32,000 bases of DNA from NCBI GenBank assembly GCA_035629395.1, contig DASPHZ010000056.1:38905-70904 (forward strand). The letters are read 5' to 3'. Made by a program: the position numbers and the translations under genes. The notes beneath the pieces are model-generated. The model was not told the origin of the DNA. It ran no database searches and saw nothing but the letters and a program-made list of their open reading frames with translations. Shown here one piece after another: positions 8,921-15,755 of the stretch (within the stretch, counting starts at the first letter, position 1; each line of letters begins with the position of its first letter). The stretch comes from Thermoanaerobaculia bacterium. Lineage in GTDB: Bacteria > Acidobacteriota > Thermoanaerobaculia > Gp7-AA8.

Positions 8921-8960
8921 GTCAGGTGAGAGCGGCGGCGATTCGCGGCTCTCACCTGAC
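8921..8960 (+). terminator. GC-rich hairpin 12 nt after the stop of the 6717..8909 gene
   Basis: GTCAGGTGAGAGC (8921-8933) and GCTCTCACCTGAC (8948-8960) form a perfect 13-bp stem around a 14-nt loop that can itself pair (GCG..CGC). No U-tract follows, so it is not a canonical intrinsic terminator. Confidence 0.5.
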
Positions 8961-9068
8961 TCGCGGCGAGGGCCGGACGACGCCCCACGGAGCCGCCGAT
9001 CCCGGATCGGATGCGCAACGCGACAGGAGCGTGCGTGGGAGGCAGCCGCATTGCAGCGGCGAGGCCGC

Positions 9069-9200
9069 ATGTCATTCCTCTGGATCACCAAACGCCCCGG
9101 CCAGCGCGTCCGCGGCGGGGGCTGCATCGGGTGCGTGCCGTTCGGGTGTCTGCCGGTCCTCGCCATCGTCGCGGGGGCGTTGGCGTGGGTGATGGCGTGA
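9069..9200 (+). CDS. Candidate small Cys-rich membrane peptide (43 aa)
   Basis: Below the track length cut-off. My translation: MSFLWITKRPGQRVRGGGCIGCVPFGCLPVLAIVAGALAWVMA*. 40 of 43 codons end in G or C, as in the clear genes here. C-terminal hydrophobic helix. Only a weak SD (GGCGAGG). No homology evidence. Confidence 0.3.
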   Translation: MSFLWITKRPGQRVRGGGCIGCVPFGCLPVLAIVAGALAWVMA

Positions 9201-9201
9201 G

Positions 9202-10269
9202 CTACTCCGCGTAGGCATCGCCAGGCTCGTAGCGCCACTCGGTCTGGTGTTTCGCGCCTTCGGCGAAACGGGGGTCGACGTACTCTTCGAAGGCGATGTC
9301 GCGATCGAGGACGCCCGTCTCGCGCATGAGCTTCACGATCAGCTCGAAGTCGCTGCGCAGCGGCGTGAGCGGCTGGTACTGCACGCGATCGACGGGATTG
9401 GTCAGCGCCCACTTGAGGAGGCGCGGGTCCTGGCGAAAGTAGAAGCGGCCGACAAAGTCGGCGGCATGCTCGCGGCGCGCGCGGCGTTTGGGAGGGTTCT
9501 CGAGCCAGAGGCCGGAGCGCGCGATGCCGTCCACGAGCACCTGCACGGCTTCCGGTTTGCGCGCGATCGCGTCTTCGCGCACGACGAGGACGCACGAGAT
9601 GTAATCCGGCCAGTATTCGCGCGCGTGAAAGAGGATGCGGCCGAAGCCGGCCATCTCCGCCTGCGACGGATACGGCTCGCCCATGGAGAACGCGTCGATC
9701 GCGCCGGCGGCGAGCGCACCGGCCACGTCCGGCGGCGCCATCTCCACCATGCGCACGTCCTTCGCGTCCATGCCGTTCTTGGCCAGTGCGCGGAAGAGGA
9801 TGAGGCGCTCATCCGAGTAGCGGCTCGGAATGGCGATGGTCCTCCCCTGCAGATCGGTGAACGACTGCACCGGTCCGTTTTTGTGCACCACGACGGCGGA
9901 GCCGTAGCGGTGTCCGAGGTAGACGATCTTCACTGGGACGCCCTGAGCACGCAGGGCGATGGCCATCGGTGCGACCATGAACGCCGCCTGCATCTGATTC
10001 GAGATCAGCGCTTCCTTGATCTCGGGAAATCCCTGGAACATGCGAGGGATGAACAGATGACCCGACTTCGAGTAGGCGGAGATGTAGTCCGTCACCGGGC
10101 ACGCCAGATGTCACGTCACCGGAATGTACGCCACGTTCAGCTTGCGCTGGCTCTCCGGCAGCCGCTCATTGAGCAGCACCGTCCAGTCGACGTTCGTCGA
10201 CAGATGCAGCGCGGTAATGACCGCGACCCAGGCCAGCAGCCCGAGCGCGATCTTGCGTGTCGATGTCAT
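9202..10269 (-). CDS. ABC transporter periplasmic substrate-binding protein (NitT/TauT, SsuA/NMT1-like) interrupted by a single in-frame TGA at 10113..10111 (candidate selenocysteine codon, pseudogene or sequencing error)
   Basis: Track ORF 9202..10095 holds most of the SBP (…AIPSRYSDERLILFRALAKNGMDAKDVRMVEMAPPDVAGALAAGAIDAFSMGEPYPSQAE…). The same frame continues upstream to ATG 10269..10267, which has a strong RBS (AAGGAGGtgcttcATG), giving MTSTRKIALGLLAWVAVITALHLSTNVDWTVLLNERLPESQRKLNVAYIPVT-[TGA]-HLACPVTDYISAYSKSGHLF. 10269-9202+1 = 1068 nt = 356 codons; the TGA is codon 53. Confidence 0.8.
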
Positions 10270-10290
10270 GAAGCACCTCCTTTCTGGCGA

Positions 10291-10486
10291 GATGGAGCGA
10301 CGTGGTTGAGCGATGGAGCTGTTGAGCTGTTGAGCTGTTGAGCCGTTGAGCTATAGAGCGGTAGAGCTATAGAGCGGTAAAGGGGCTCCGCCGCCCCATC
10401 CCCTCTATCGCTCTACAGCTTTACAGCTTTACAGCTCAACGGCTCAACAGCTCAATCGCTCCATCGCTCCATCACTCAACAGCTCC
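10291..10486. repeat. Long imperfect palindrome (about 85-95-nt arms) built from tandem 8-nt units (NNTTGAGC / NNTAGAGC / TGTAAAGC)
   Basis: Left arm: gatggagc..gatggagc tgttgagc tgttgagc tgttgagc cgttgagc tatagagc ggtagagc tatagagc ggtaaagg. Reverse complement of right arm: ggagc tgttgagt gatggagc gatggagc gattgagc tgttgagc cgttgagc tgtaaagc tgtaaagc tgtagagc gatagagg. Symmetry centre is near 10392 (GC-rich loop ggggctccgccgcccc). By eye the arms are about 75-80 percent complementary. It sits in the 231-bp gap between the permease stop and the SBP start. Confidence 0.85.
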
Positions 10487-10500
10487 GCGGCCCCTCCTCC

Positions 10501-11307
10501 TCACTCACTAAACGACCACTTCACAAACCTCAGCTTCTCGGTGCGGCGGATCAGCGCGTCGAGCGCGAGTCCGATGAAGCCGATGAGCAGCATGCCGCCG
10601 ACGACGAGGTCGTAGCGTTTGCCGGCGTTGCGCGCGTCGATGATGAGGTAGCCGAGGCCGGAGTCGACGGCGATCATTTCCGCCGCGACGAGGACGAGCC
10701 ACGCCACGCCGAAGGCGATGCGCAGTCCGACGAGGATGCGCGGCAGCACCGCGGGAAACACGACGCGTACGAGGAGGGCGCGCGTGGAGAGTCCGAAGTT
10801 GCGGCCCGCCTGCACGTAGACCGGCGGCACGTTGCGCACCCCGTTCATCGTCGCCACGACGATGGGAAAAAACGACGCGAGAAAGATCAGAAAGATCGGC
10901 GCGAGATTACTGACCCCGAACCAGATCACCGCGAGCGGCATCCACGCCAGCGGCGAGATCGGCCGCAGCATCTGGATGAGCGGATTCGCGGCGCGTGCGA
11001 GCGACGACCACCAGCCGAGGGCGAGACCGGCGGGCACGCCGAGCAGCACGGCGGAGAGATAGCCGGCGGAAACGCGGAAGAGAGAGTCGCGCGTGTACGC
11101 GGCGAGATGCGGAAGCTCGGTGAGCCCGCGGAGAACGTCGAGAGGAGACGGGAAGATCGTGGTGGCGGTCACGATCACGGCGAGATGCCAGAGCACGAGA
11201 AGCAGAACGCAGAACGCAAAACGCAGGACGAAGAATGGAAAAAGGACGGCGACAGTGCGCGCCCCCTTTCTGCGTTCTGCGTTCTGCGTTCGGCGTGTGG
11301 CGTTCAT
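10501..11307 (-). CDS. ABC transporter permease (NitT/TauT family, SsuC/TauC-like), copy 2
   Basis: Track ORF, 268 aa. Typical BPD-transporter permease with multiple TM helices and the loop region AGRNFGLSTRALLVRVVFPAVLP. By eye about half identical to the 12042..12893 product. ATG 11307 lies 3 nt after the ATPase stop. Confidence 0.9.
   Translation of the reverse strand: MNATRRTQNAERRKGARTVAVLFPFFVLRFAFCVLLLVLWHLAVIVTATTIFPSPLDVLRGLTELPHLAAYTRDSLFRVSAGYLSAVLLGVPAGLALGWWSSLARAANPLIQMLRPISPLAWMPLAVIWFGVSNLAPIFLIFLASFFPIVVATMNGVRNVPPVYVQAGRNFGLSTRALLVRVVFPAVLPRILVGLRIAFGVAWLVLVAAEMIAVDSGLGYLIIDARNAGKRYDLVVGGMLLIGFIGLALDALIRRTEKLRFVKWSFSE
11203..11293. repeat. Hairpin of 7-nt tandem units inside the 5' coding region of permease copy 2
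   Basis: cagaacg cagaacg caaaacg caggacg aaga (11203-11234) against ttctgcg ttctgcg ttctgcg ttc (11268-11291). cagaacgcagaacg is perfectly complementary to cgttctgcgttctg. About 35-nt loop. Confidence 0.8.
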
Positions 11308-11310
11308 GTT

Positions 11311-12045
11311 CTAGACCTGATGCGCGAGTCCAATCTCGCCGAAGATCTCGTCGCGCAGGGCGATATAGCGCGGATCGGACAGATCGCGCGGGTGCGGGAT
11401 GGCGACGTCGAGCACGCGGCGAATGCGGCCCGGACGCGCCGAAAGCACGACCACGCGGTCGGCGAGCTGCACCGACTCCTCGATGTCGTGCGTCACGAAG
11501 AGGATCGTTTTCTTCTCCGCCTGCCAGATGCGCAGCAGCTCGCGGCGCATCTGCAGACGCGTGATGGAGTCGAGGGCGCCGAACGGCTCGTCGAGGTAGA
11601 GCACGTCCGGATTCACGGCCAGCGCGCGCGCCACTTCGAGGCGCTGCTTCATGCCGCCGGAGAGCTCGCGCGGATAAGCCTCTTCGAATCCTTTGAGACC
11701 GACGAGCTGCACGTAGTGGGCGATGCGCTCGCGCTTCTCCGCGTCGCTCTGCCGAAACAAGCCGAAGCCGATGTTCTCCTCGACGGTGAGCCAGGGGAAC
11801 ACGCCGCGCTCCTGGAAAACGAAGATGCGGCGCGGATCGGGTCCGGTGACACGCTCGCCGTCGATCGTGACCTCTCCTTCCGACGGCTGCAGGAAGCCGC
11901 CGACGATGTTGAGGAGCGTCGACTTGCCGCAGCCGGAGGGGCCGAGGAGACAGACGAATTCGCCTTCGCGGACGGAGAGGTGGACGTCGTCGAGCACCCG
12001 GTTGCCGCCGAACGTCTTGCTGATGCCGGAGAAGACGACTTTCAT
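11311..12045 (-). CDS. ABC transporter ATP-binding protein (NitT/TauT family)
   Basis: Start ATG 12045..12043 (MKVVFSGISKTFGG...) overlaps the upstream permease stop as ATGA. Walker A GPSGCGKST, signature LSGGMKQR, Walker B VLYLDEPFGALD, H-loop FVTHD. The longer track ORF (to 12555) is an artefactual upstream extension. Confidence 0.92.
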   Translation of the reverse strand: MKVVFSGISKTFGGNRVLDDVHLSVREGEFVCLLGPSGCGKSTLLNIVGGFLQPSEGEVTIDGERVTGPDPRRIFVFQERGVFPWLTVEENIGFGLFRQSDAEKRERIAHYVQLVGLKGFEEAYPRELSGGMKQRLEVARALAVNPDVLYLDEPFGALDSITRLQMRRELLRIWQAEKKTILFVTHDIEESVQLADRVVVLSARPGRIRRVLDVAIPHPRDLSDPRYIALRDEIFGEIGLAHQV

Positions 12046-12893
12046 TCGGCGGCGTAACCCCAGCGCACCCCCGGCAGTCGCTCGAGGGCACGCATCAGCA
12101 AGTCGAGCAGCACGCCGATCGCGCCGATGAGGATCATGCCGGCCACGACGAGATCGTAGCGGTTGCCGGCGTTGCGCGCGTCGACGATGAGAAAGCCGAG
12201 GCCGGAGTTGACGGCGATCATCTCCGCGGCGACGACCACCAGCCAGGCGATGCCCACGGTGATGCGCATCCCCACGATGAGCTGCGGGAGGATGGCCGGG
12301 ACGATCACGCTGCGTACGAGCTCGCGCGTGGTGAGGCCGAAGTTGCGGCCGGCGGCGAGATGCACGCCCTCGATGTTGTGCACCGCGTTGACGGTCGTCA
12401 GTGTGAGCGGCAGCACGGAGGCGAGGAAGATCAGGAACACGGCCGCGAGATCGCCGACGCCGAACCAGAGGATCGCGATCGGAATCCACGCCAGCGGCGA
12501 GATCGGCCGCAGCAGTTGCAGGATCGGATTGATGGCCACTTCCCCGCGGCGCCACAGCCCGAGGAGCACGCCGGCGGGAACCGCGATGAGAAGCGCGGCG
12601 AGATACCCCCAGGTCACGCGAAACAGCGAAGCGACGATGTAGCGGACGAGCAACCCCTTCTCGGCCAGCTCGACGATGCCGAGGATCGCCTGCAGCGGCG
12701 ACGGCACGAGCGTCCCCGGCGACGTCGCGACGAGGACGTGCCAGAAGAGGAGAAAAAGGAGGATGCCGGTGAGAGGGAGAAAGTGCCGCAAGCGAGCTCG
12801 GGGGGAGGGTAGCAGAGTTTTAGAGGATGAATGCAGAATGCAGAACGAAGAAGCCGGCGCATCCGCCTCCTTTCTTCCTTCATCATTCTGCAT
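12042..12893 (-). CDS. ABC transporter permease (NitT/TauT family), copy 1
   Basis: C-terminal part of the 1187-aa track ORF 12042..15605. The first in-frame ATG that gives a sensible protein is 12893..12891 (MQNDEGRKEADAPASSFCILHSSSKTLLPSPRARLRHFLPLTGILLFLLFWHVL...). An internal TTG (…ARLRHF) is an alternative start. Paralogous to 10501..11307. Confidence 0.85.
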   Translation of the reverse strand: MQNDEGRKEADAPASSFCILHSSSKTLLPSPRARLRHFLPLTGILLFLLFWHVLVATSPGTLVPSPLQAILGIVELAEKGLLVRYIVASLFRVTWGYLAALLIAVPAGVLLGLWRRGEVAINPILQLLRPISPLAWIPIAILWFGVGDLAAVFLIFLASVLPLTLTTVNAVHNIEGVHLAAGRNFGLTTRELVRSVIVPAILPQLIVGMRITVGIAWLVVVAAEMIAVNSGLGFLIVDARNAGNRYDLVVAGMILIGAIGVLLDLLMRALERLPGVRWGYAAE

Positions 12894-12902
12894 TCTGCAT
12901 TC
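12829..12902. repeat. Hairpin of 7-nt tandem units spanning the start codon of permease copy 1
   Basis: gaatgca gaatgca gaacgaa gaag (12829-12853) against ttctgca ttctgca ttc (12886-12902). The outer 14 bp are perfect (gaatgcagaatgca / tgcattctgcattc). ATG 12893..12891 lies inside the mRNA 5' arm. The loop contains AAAGGAGG. Confidence 0.8.
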
Positions 12903-12918
12903 ACGCTGCAGGCGCGCT

Positions 12919-12947
12919 GTAAGCGCGCCGTAAGCGTTCTGTAAGCG
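12919..12947. promoter_or_regulatory. Three direct GTAAGCG repeats phased at exactly 11 bp in the divergent intergenic region
   Basis: GTAAGCG at 12919-12925, 12930-12936 and 12941-12947. This is 25 nt upstream of ATG 12972 (+ gene) and 26 nt upstream of the permease ATG (minus). One-helical-turn phasing is typical of tandem regulator half-sites. Confidence 0.4.
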
Positions 12948-12971
12948 CCGTCGCGCACACTCTCGCGCGTC

Positions 12972-15530
12972 ATGCGTAAACTCCTTTTCCTTCTTCTTCT
13001 CGCGTTCCTTGCCGTGCCGGCGTGGGCGGCGTGCGATCTGTCGCTGACGGTGAACTGTCAGGGTGGGACGTGCACGGCGGTCACGACGAACAACGGCTCG
13101 AGTGCCTGCTCGGGACTGCTGTATTCGCTGTGGTTCTCGGAAGAGCATCCCGACAACCTTCACATCAGCGCGCCCAGCACCTCCATCGGCCTCGAAGAGT
13201 GCGTCGACTCCGACGTCTTTGGCGAGTTCGGCGTGGAGATGGCTTTCGCCTTCTGCTACGGCCAGGGTTCGATCGGTGCGAAGCAGAGCTTCACCTCGAC
13301 CGTGCAGGTCAGCGGCGGCATCGACGCGCCGCTCATGGCGATGACGTGGGTCGGTGACGAGGAAGGAAACGAGACCGGCTCGGCCTACGCGTTCCTGAAT
13401 TTCAACGTGGCGACGTGCCAGCCGACGATCAGCGCGCCGCCGCTGTCGCAGTCGGGCATCGAGTACACGGTGAGCTGGACGGCCGTATCCGATCCGAGCG
13501 CGCAGTACGTCGTCGAAGAATCGACCAGCGCTGACTTTTCGGCCAACGTCACCTCGACGCAGGTCAACGGCCTCTCCAGAACCTTCCGCCACGACGGCAT
13601 GGCCACGACCACCACTTATTACTATCGCGTGCGTCCGACGCACTGCACCGGCAGCGAGCCGCAGTTCTCCCGCACGGCCCAGACCGTGGTGCAGGCCATC
13701 CAGCCGCCGGTCACGCAGAGCGGCGACATCGCGGTGCCCTTCGGCAGCAAGTCGCCGGTGCAGTTCCAGGTGTTCGTCCCCGGTCCGAGCGGCAAAGCCG
13801 CGGTGACGACGACATTCGTCGCGAGCGTCGACAAGCCGTACCTCACCGTCACGCCGAGCTCCGGCACGCTGCCGCCGAGCGGCATCACGCTCACCGTCAC
13901 GGCCGATCCGTCGTCGCTCCCCCCGGGCGCGAGCACCGGCACCGTCATCATCGTGACGGACGTGCAGGGCCTCACCGGCGGCGGTGGCGCGGCCGGCACG
14001 ACGCTCACCATCCCGATCTCGGTCAGCCTCGTCACGCCCGTCGCGCCGGCGACGAAGACCACGCCTCCGAACAACGCGCTCGTGATTCCGGTCGTGACGC
14101 ACGTCAACGGCGCCGCGGGTCCGTTCCTCTCCGACGTCCGCCTCACCAACGGCGGCTCGACGCCGGTGCAGTACGGAATCATGCTCACCCCGACGCAGAC
14201 CGACGGCCGCCAGACCAGCAGGATCACGCAGATCACGGTCGACGCGCTGCAGACGATCGCGCTCAACGACATCGTGAAGAATTTCTTCGGTTACGGCGCG
14301 ACGTCGAATCCCGGCGATGCCGGCTTCGGCTCGCTCGAGATCCGTCCGCTCAATTCGTCGTCCACGGCGACGTACGCCTCCAGCCGCACGTATGCGAGCA
14401 CGCTGACGGGCACGTTCGGGCAGTTCATCGCGGCGATGCCGTTCACGAAGTTCGCGACGCGCCGCCTCCTGACGACGCCGCTTCCGGGCAACCCGTCGCC
14501 GCAGGCGAGCGCACTCCTCTCGCTCCAGCACATCTCCGAGTCCGCCAAATTTCGCACGAACCTCGGCATCGTCGAAGGTGCCGGTGAAGCCGCCAGCGGC
14601 AAGATCCGCGTCTTCGACGCACTCGGCGCGCTGCTCAAGGAGATCGACTACTCGCTGCTGCCGGGCGAGCACCGGCAGATGAACCGCTTCATCGCGCTGA
14701 ACGCCGGCCTCTCCGCGCTCGAGAACGGCCGCATCGAGATCACGGTCGACTCGCCGACCGGCGCGGTCACCGCGTACGCGTCGGTGCTCGACAACGTGAC
14801 GACGGACCCGCTCGCGGTGATGCCGGTCGATCCGGCGAAGGTGAGCGCGACGCGTTACGTCATCCCCGGCATGGCCGAGCTGCCGAACCGCGCGGACAAC
14901 TTCCACTCCGACCTGCGCCTCTTCAACGGCGGCGACGACACGCCGGTCACGCTCACGTACTACCCGCAGGGCGGCGGCGCGCCGGTGACGGCGGAGCCAC
15001 GCACGATCCGCAAGGGCGAAGTGCTCGTGCTCGACAACGTCCTGCCGTCGCTGTTCCACGTCGAGAACACAGGCGGTTCGATCGTGGCGACGACGCCGCA
15101 GCCGTCGTCGCTCGTGGCGACCGGCCGTACGTACACCTCGATCGACGGCGGCGGCTCGTTCGGCCAGTTCATCCCCGGCGTCACGCCGAACGAAGGCGTG
15201 GGCCTCGGCGAGCGTCCGCTGCAGGTCATGCAGCTCGAAGAATCGGCGGGATTCCGCTCCAACGTGGGCCTTGCCGAACTGACGGGCAATCCCGCGACCG
15301 CGCGTGTGTCCGTGCACCTCCCCGATTCGAAGGTGACGGCGTCGGTGGACGTCCCGCTCGCCGCGAACGAGTTCCGCCAGATCCGCCCGATCCTCTCCCT
15401 CGTGCCGAACGCGCAGAGCTACAACGCGCGCGTGACGGTGGAGGTGGTCGGCGGGAGCGGCCGCGTGACGGCGTACGGCTCGGTGATCGACAACAAGAGT
15501 AAGGATCCGACGTACGTGCCCGCGCAGTAG
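12972..15530 (+). CDS. Secreted 852-aa protein: Cys-rich N-terminal module, FN3-like domain, Ig-like domain, then two tandem copies of an about 230-aa beta-rich module
   Basis: Track ORF. Signal peptide MRKLLFLLLLAFLAVPAWA. FN3-like segment IEYTVSWTAVSDPSAQYVVEESTSADFS...TYYYRVRP. Module A runs from about aa 371 (VIPVVTHVNGAAGPFLSDVRLTNGG...GTFGQFIAA...KFRTNLGIVE...VTAYASVLDNVTTDPLAV). Module B runs from about aa 628 (YVIPGMAEL...HSDLRLFNGG...GSFGQFIPG...GFRSNVGLAE...VTAYGSVIDNKSKDPTYV). Confidence 0.88.
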   Translation: MRKLLFLLLLAFLAVPAWAACDLSLTVNCQGGTCTAVTTNNGSSACSGLLYSLWFSEEHPDNLHISAPSTSIGLEECVDSDVFGEFGVEMAFAFCYGQGSIGAKQSFTSTVQVSGGIDAPLMAMTWVGDEEGNETGSAYAFLNFNVATCQPTISAPPLSQSGIEYTVSWTAVSDPSAQYVVEESTSADFSANVTSTQVNGLSRTFRHDGMATTTTYYYRVRPTHCTGSEPQFSRTAQTVVQAIQPPVTQSGDIAVPFGSKSPVQFQVFVPGPSGKAAVTTTFVASVDKPYLTVTPSSGTLPPSGITLTVTADPSSLPPGASTGTVIIVTDVQGLTGGGGAAGTTLTIPISVSLVTPVAPATKTTPPNNALVIPVVTHVNGAAGPFLSDVRLTNGGSTPVQYGIMLTPTQTDGRQTSRITQITVDALQTIALNDIVKNFFGYGATSNPGDAGFGSLEIRPLNSSSTATYASSRTYASTLTGTFGQFIAAMPFTKFATRRLLTTPLPGNPSPQASALLSLQHISESAKFRTNLGIVEGAGEAASGKIRVFDALGALLKEIDYSLLPGEHRQMNRFIALNAGLSALENGRIEITVDSPTGAVTAYASVLDNVTTDPLAVMPVDPAKVSATRYVIPGMAELPNRADNFHSDLRLFNGGDDTPVTLTYYPQGGGAPVTAEPRTIRKGEVLVLDNVLPSLFHVENTGGSIVATTPQPSSLVATGRTYTSIDGGGSFGQFIPGVTPNEGVGLGERPLQVMQLEESAGFRSNVGLAELTGNPATARVSVHLPDSKVTASVDVPLAANEFRQIRPILSLVPNAQSYNARVTVEVVGGSGRVTAYGSVIDNKSKDPTYVPAQ

Positions 15531-15549
15531 CCGGAAGTTGGCGTCAGGA

Positions 15550-15576
15550 CCCGCGGCGGCTCGAAGCCGCCGCGGG
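15550..15576 (+). terminator. Perfect 11-bp GC hairpin 20 nt after the 852-aa gene stop
   Basis: CCCGCGGCGGC tcgaa GCCGCCGCGGG, followed by a weakly T-rich gacgtctgggatttct. Confidence 0.6.
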
Positions 15577-15650
15577 GACGTCTGGGATTTCTCGCGTAAA
15601 CGCATCTCTCGCTAGCACGCGCCGCCAGCCGATCCCTCCCAAACTCCCCC

Positions 15651-15685
15651 GTGCGCGCCCGCAGCGCGCGCGGTTCCTTTTTTTT
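15651..15685 (+). terminator. Hairpin followed by a T8 run (intrinsic-terminator-like)
   Basis: gtGCGCGC ccgca GCGCGCgc, then ggttcc and TTTTTTTT (15678-15685). This is the only long T-run I noticed in the window. It lies 70 nt upstream of the GGDEF gene ATG. Confidence 0.5.
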
Positions 15686-15755
15686 ACGGACTTTGGTGAG
15701 CGTCATCACACCTCCTCCCTCACACGGCACCTCGCTTGCTCGTGCTGCCCGCTCA

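Noticed and set aside
10111-10113. Genome-wide UGA reassignment (code 4 or 25) as the explanation for the in-frame TGA
   Set aside because: TGA terminates several well-defined genes in the same window (blaI-like 2687, permease 12042, MTase 27397, E1 beta 28161), always at positions consistent with family length and overlap-coupled restarts.
10291-10486. Possibility that the short-unit repeat arrays (also 20503-20947) are a CRISPR array
   Set aside because: The unit length is 7-8 nt with no unique spacers, and the arrays form inverted arms. This is incompatible with CRISPR repeat-spacer architecture.
12856-12868. SD-like AAAGGAGG plus ATG in the loop of the 12829-12902 hairpin as the true permease start
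   Set aside because: That ATG is out of frame with the permease. It opens only the low-complexity 119-aa track ORF 12614..12973.
12894-15605. Upstream 900-aa extension of the permease ORF (track ORF 12042..15605, minus strand)
   Set aside because: The extension is antisense to the well-supported secreted protein gene 12972..15530 and is Arg-rich junk. The recognisable permease sequence begins only near 12893.
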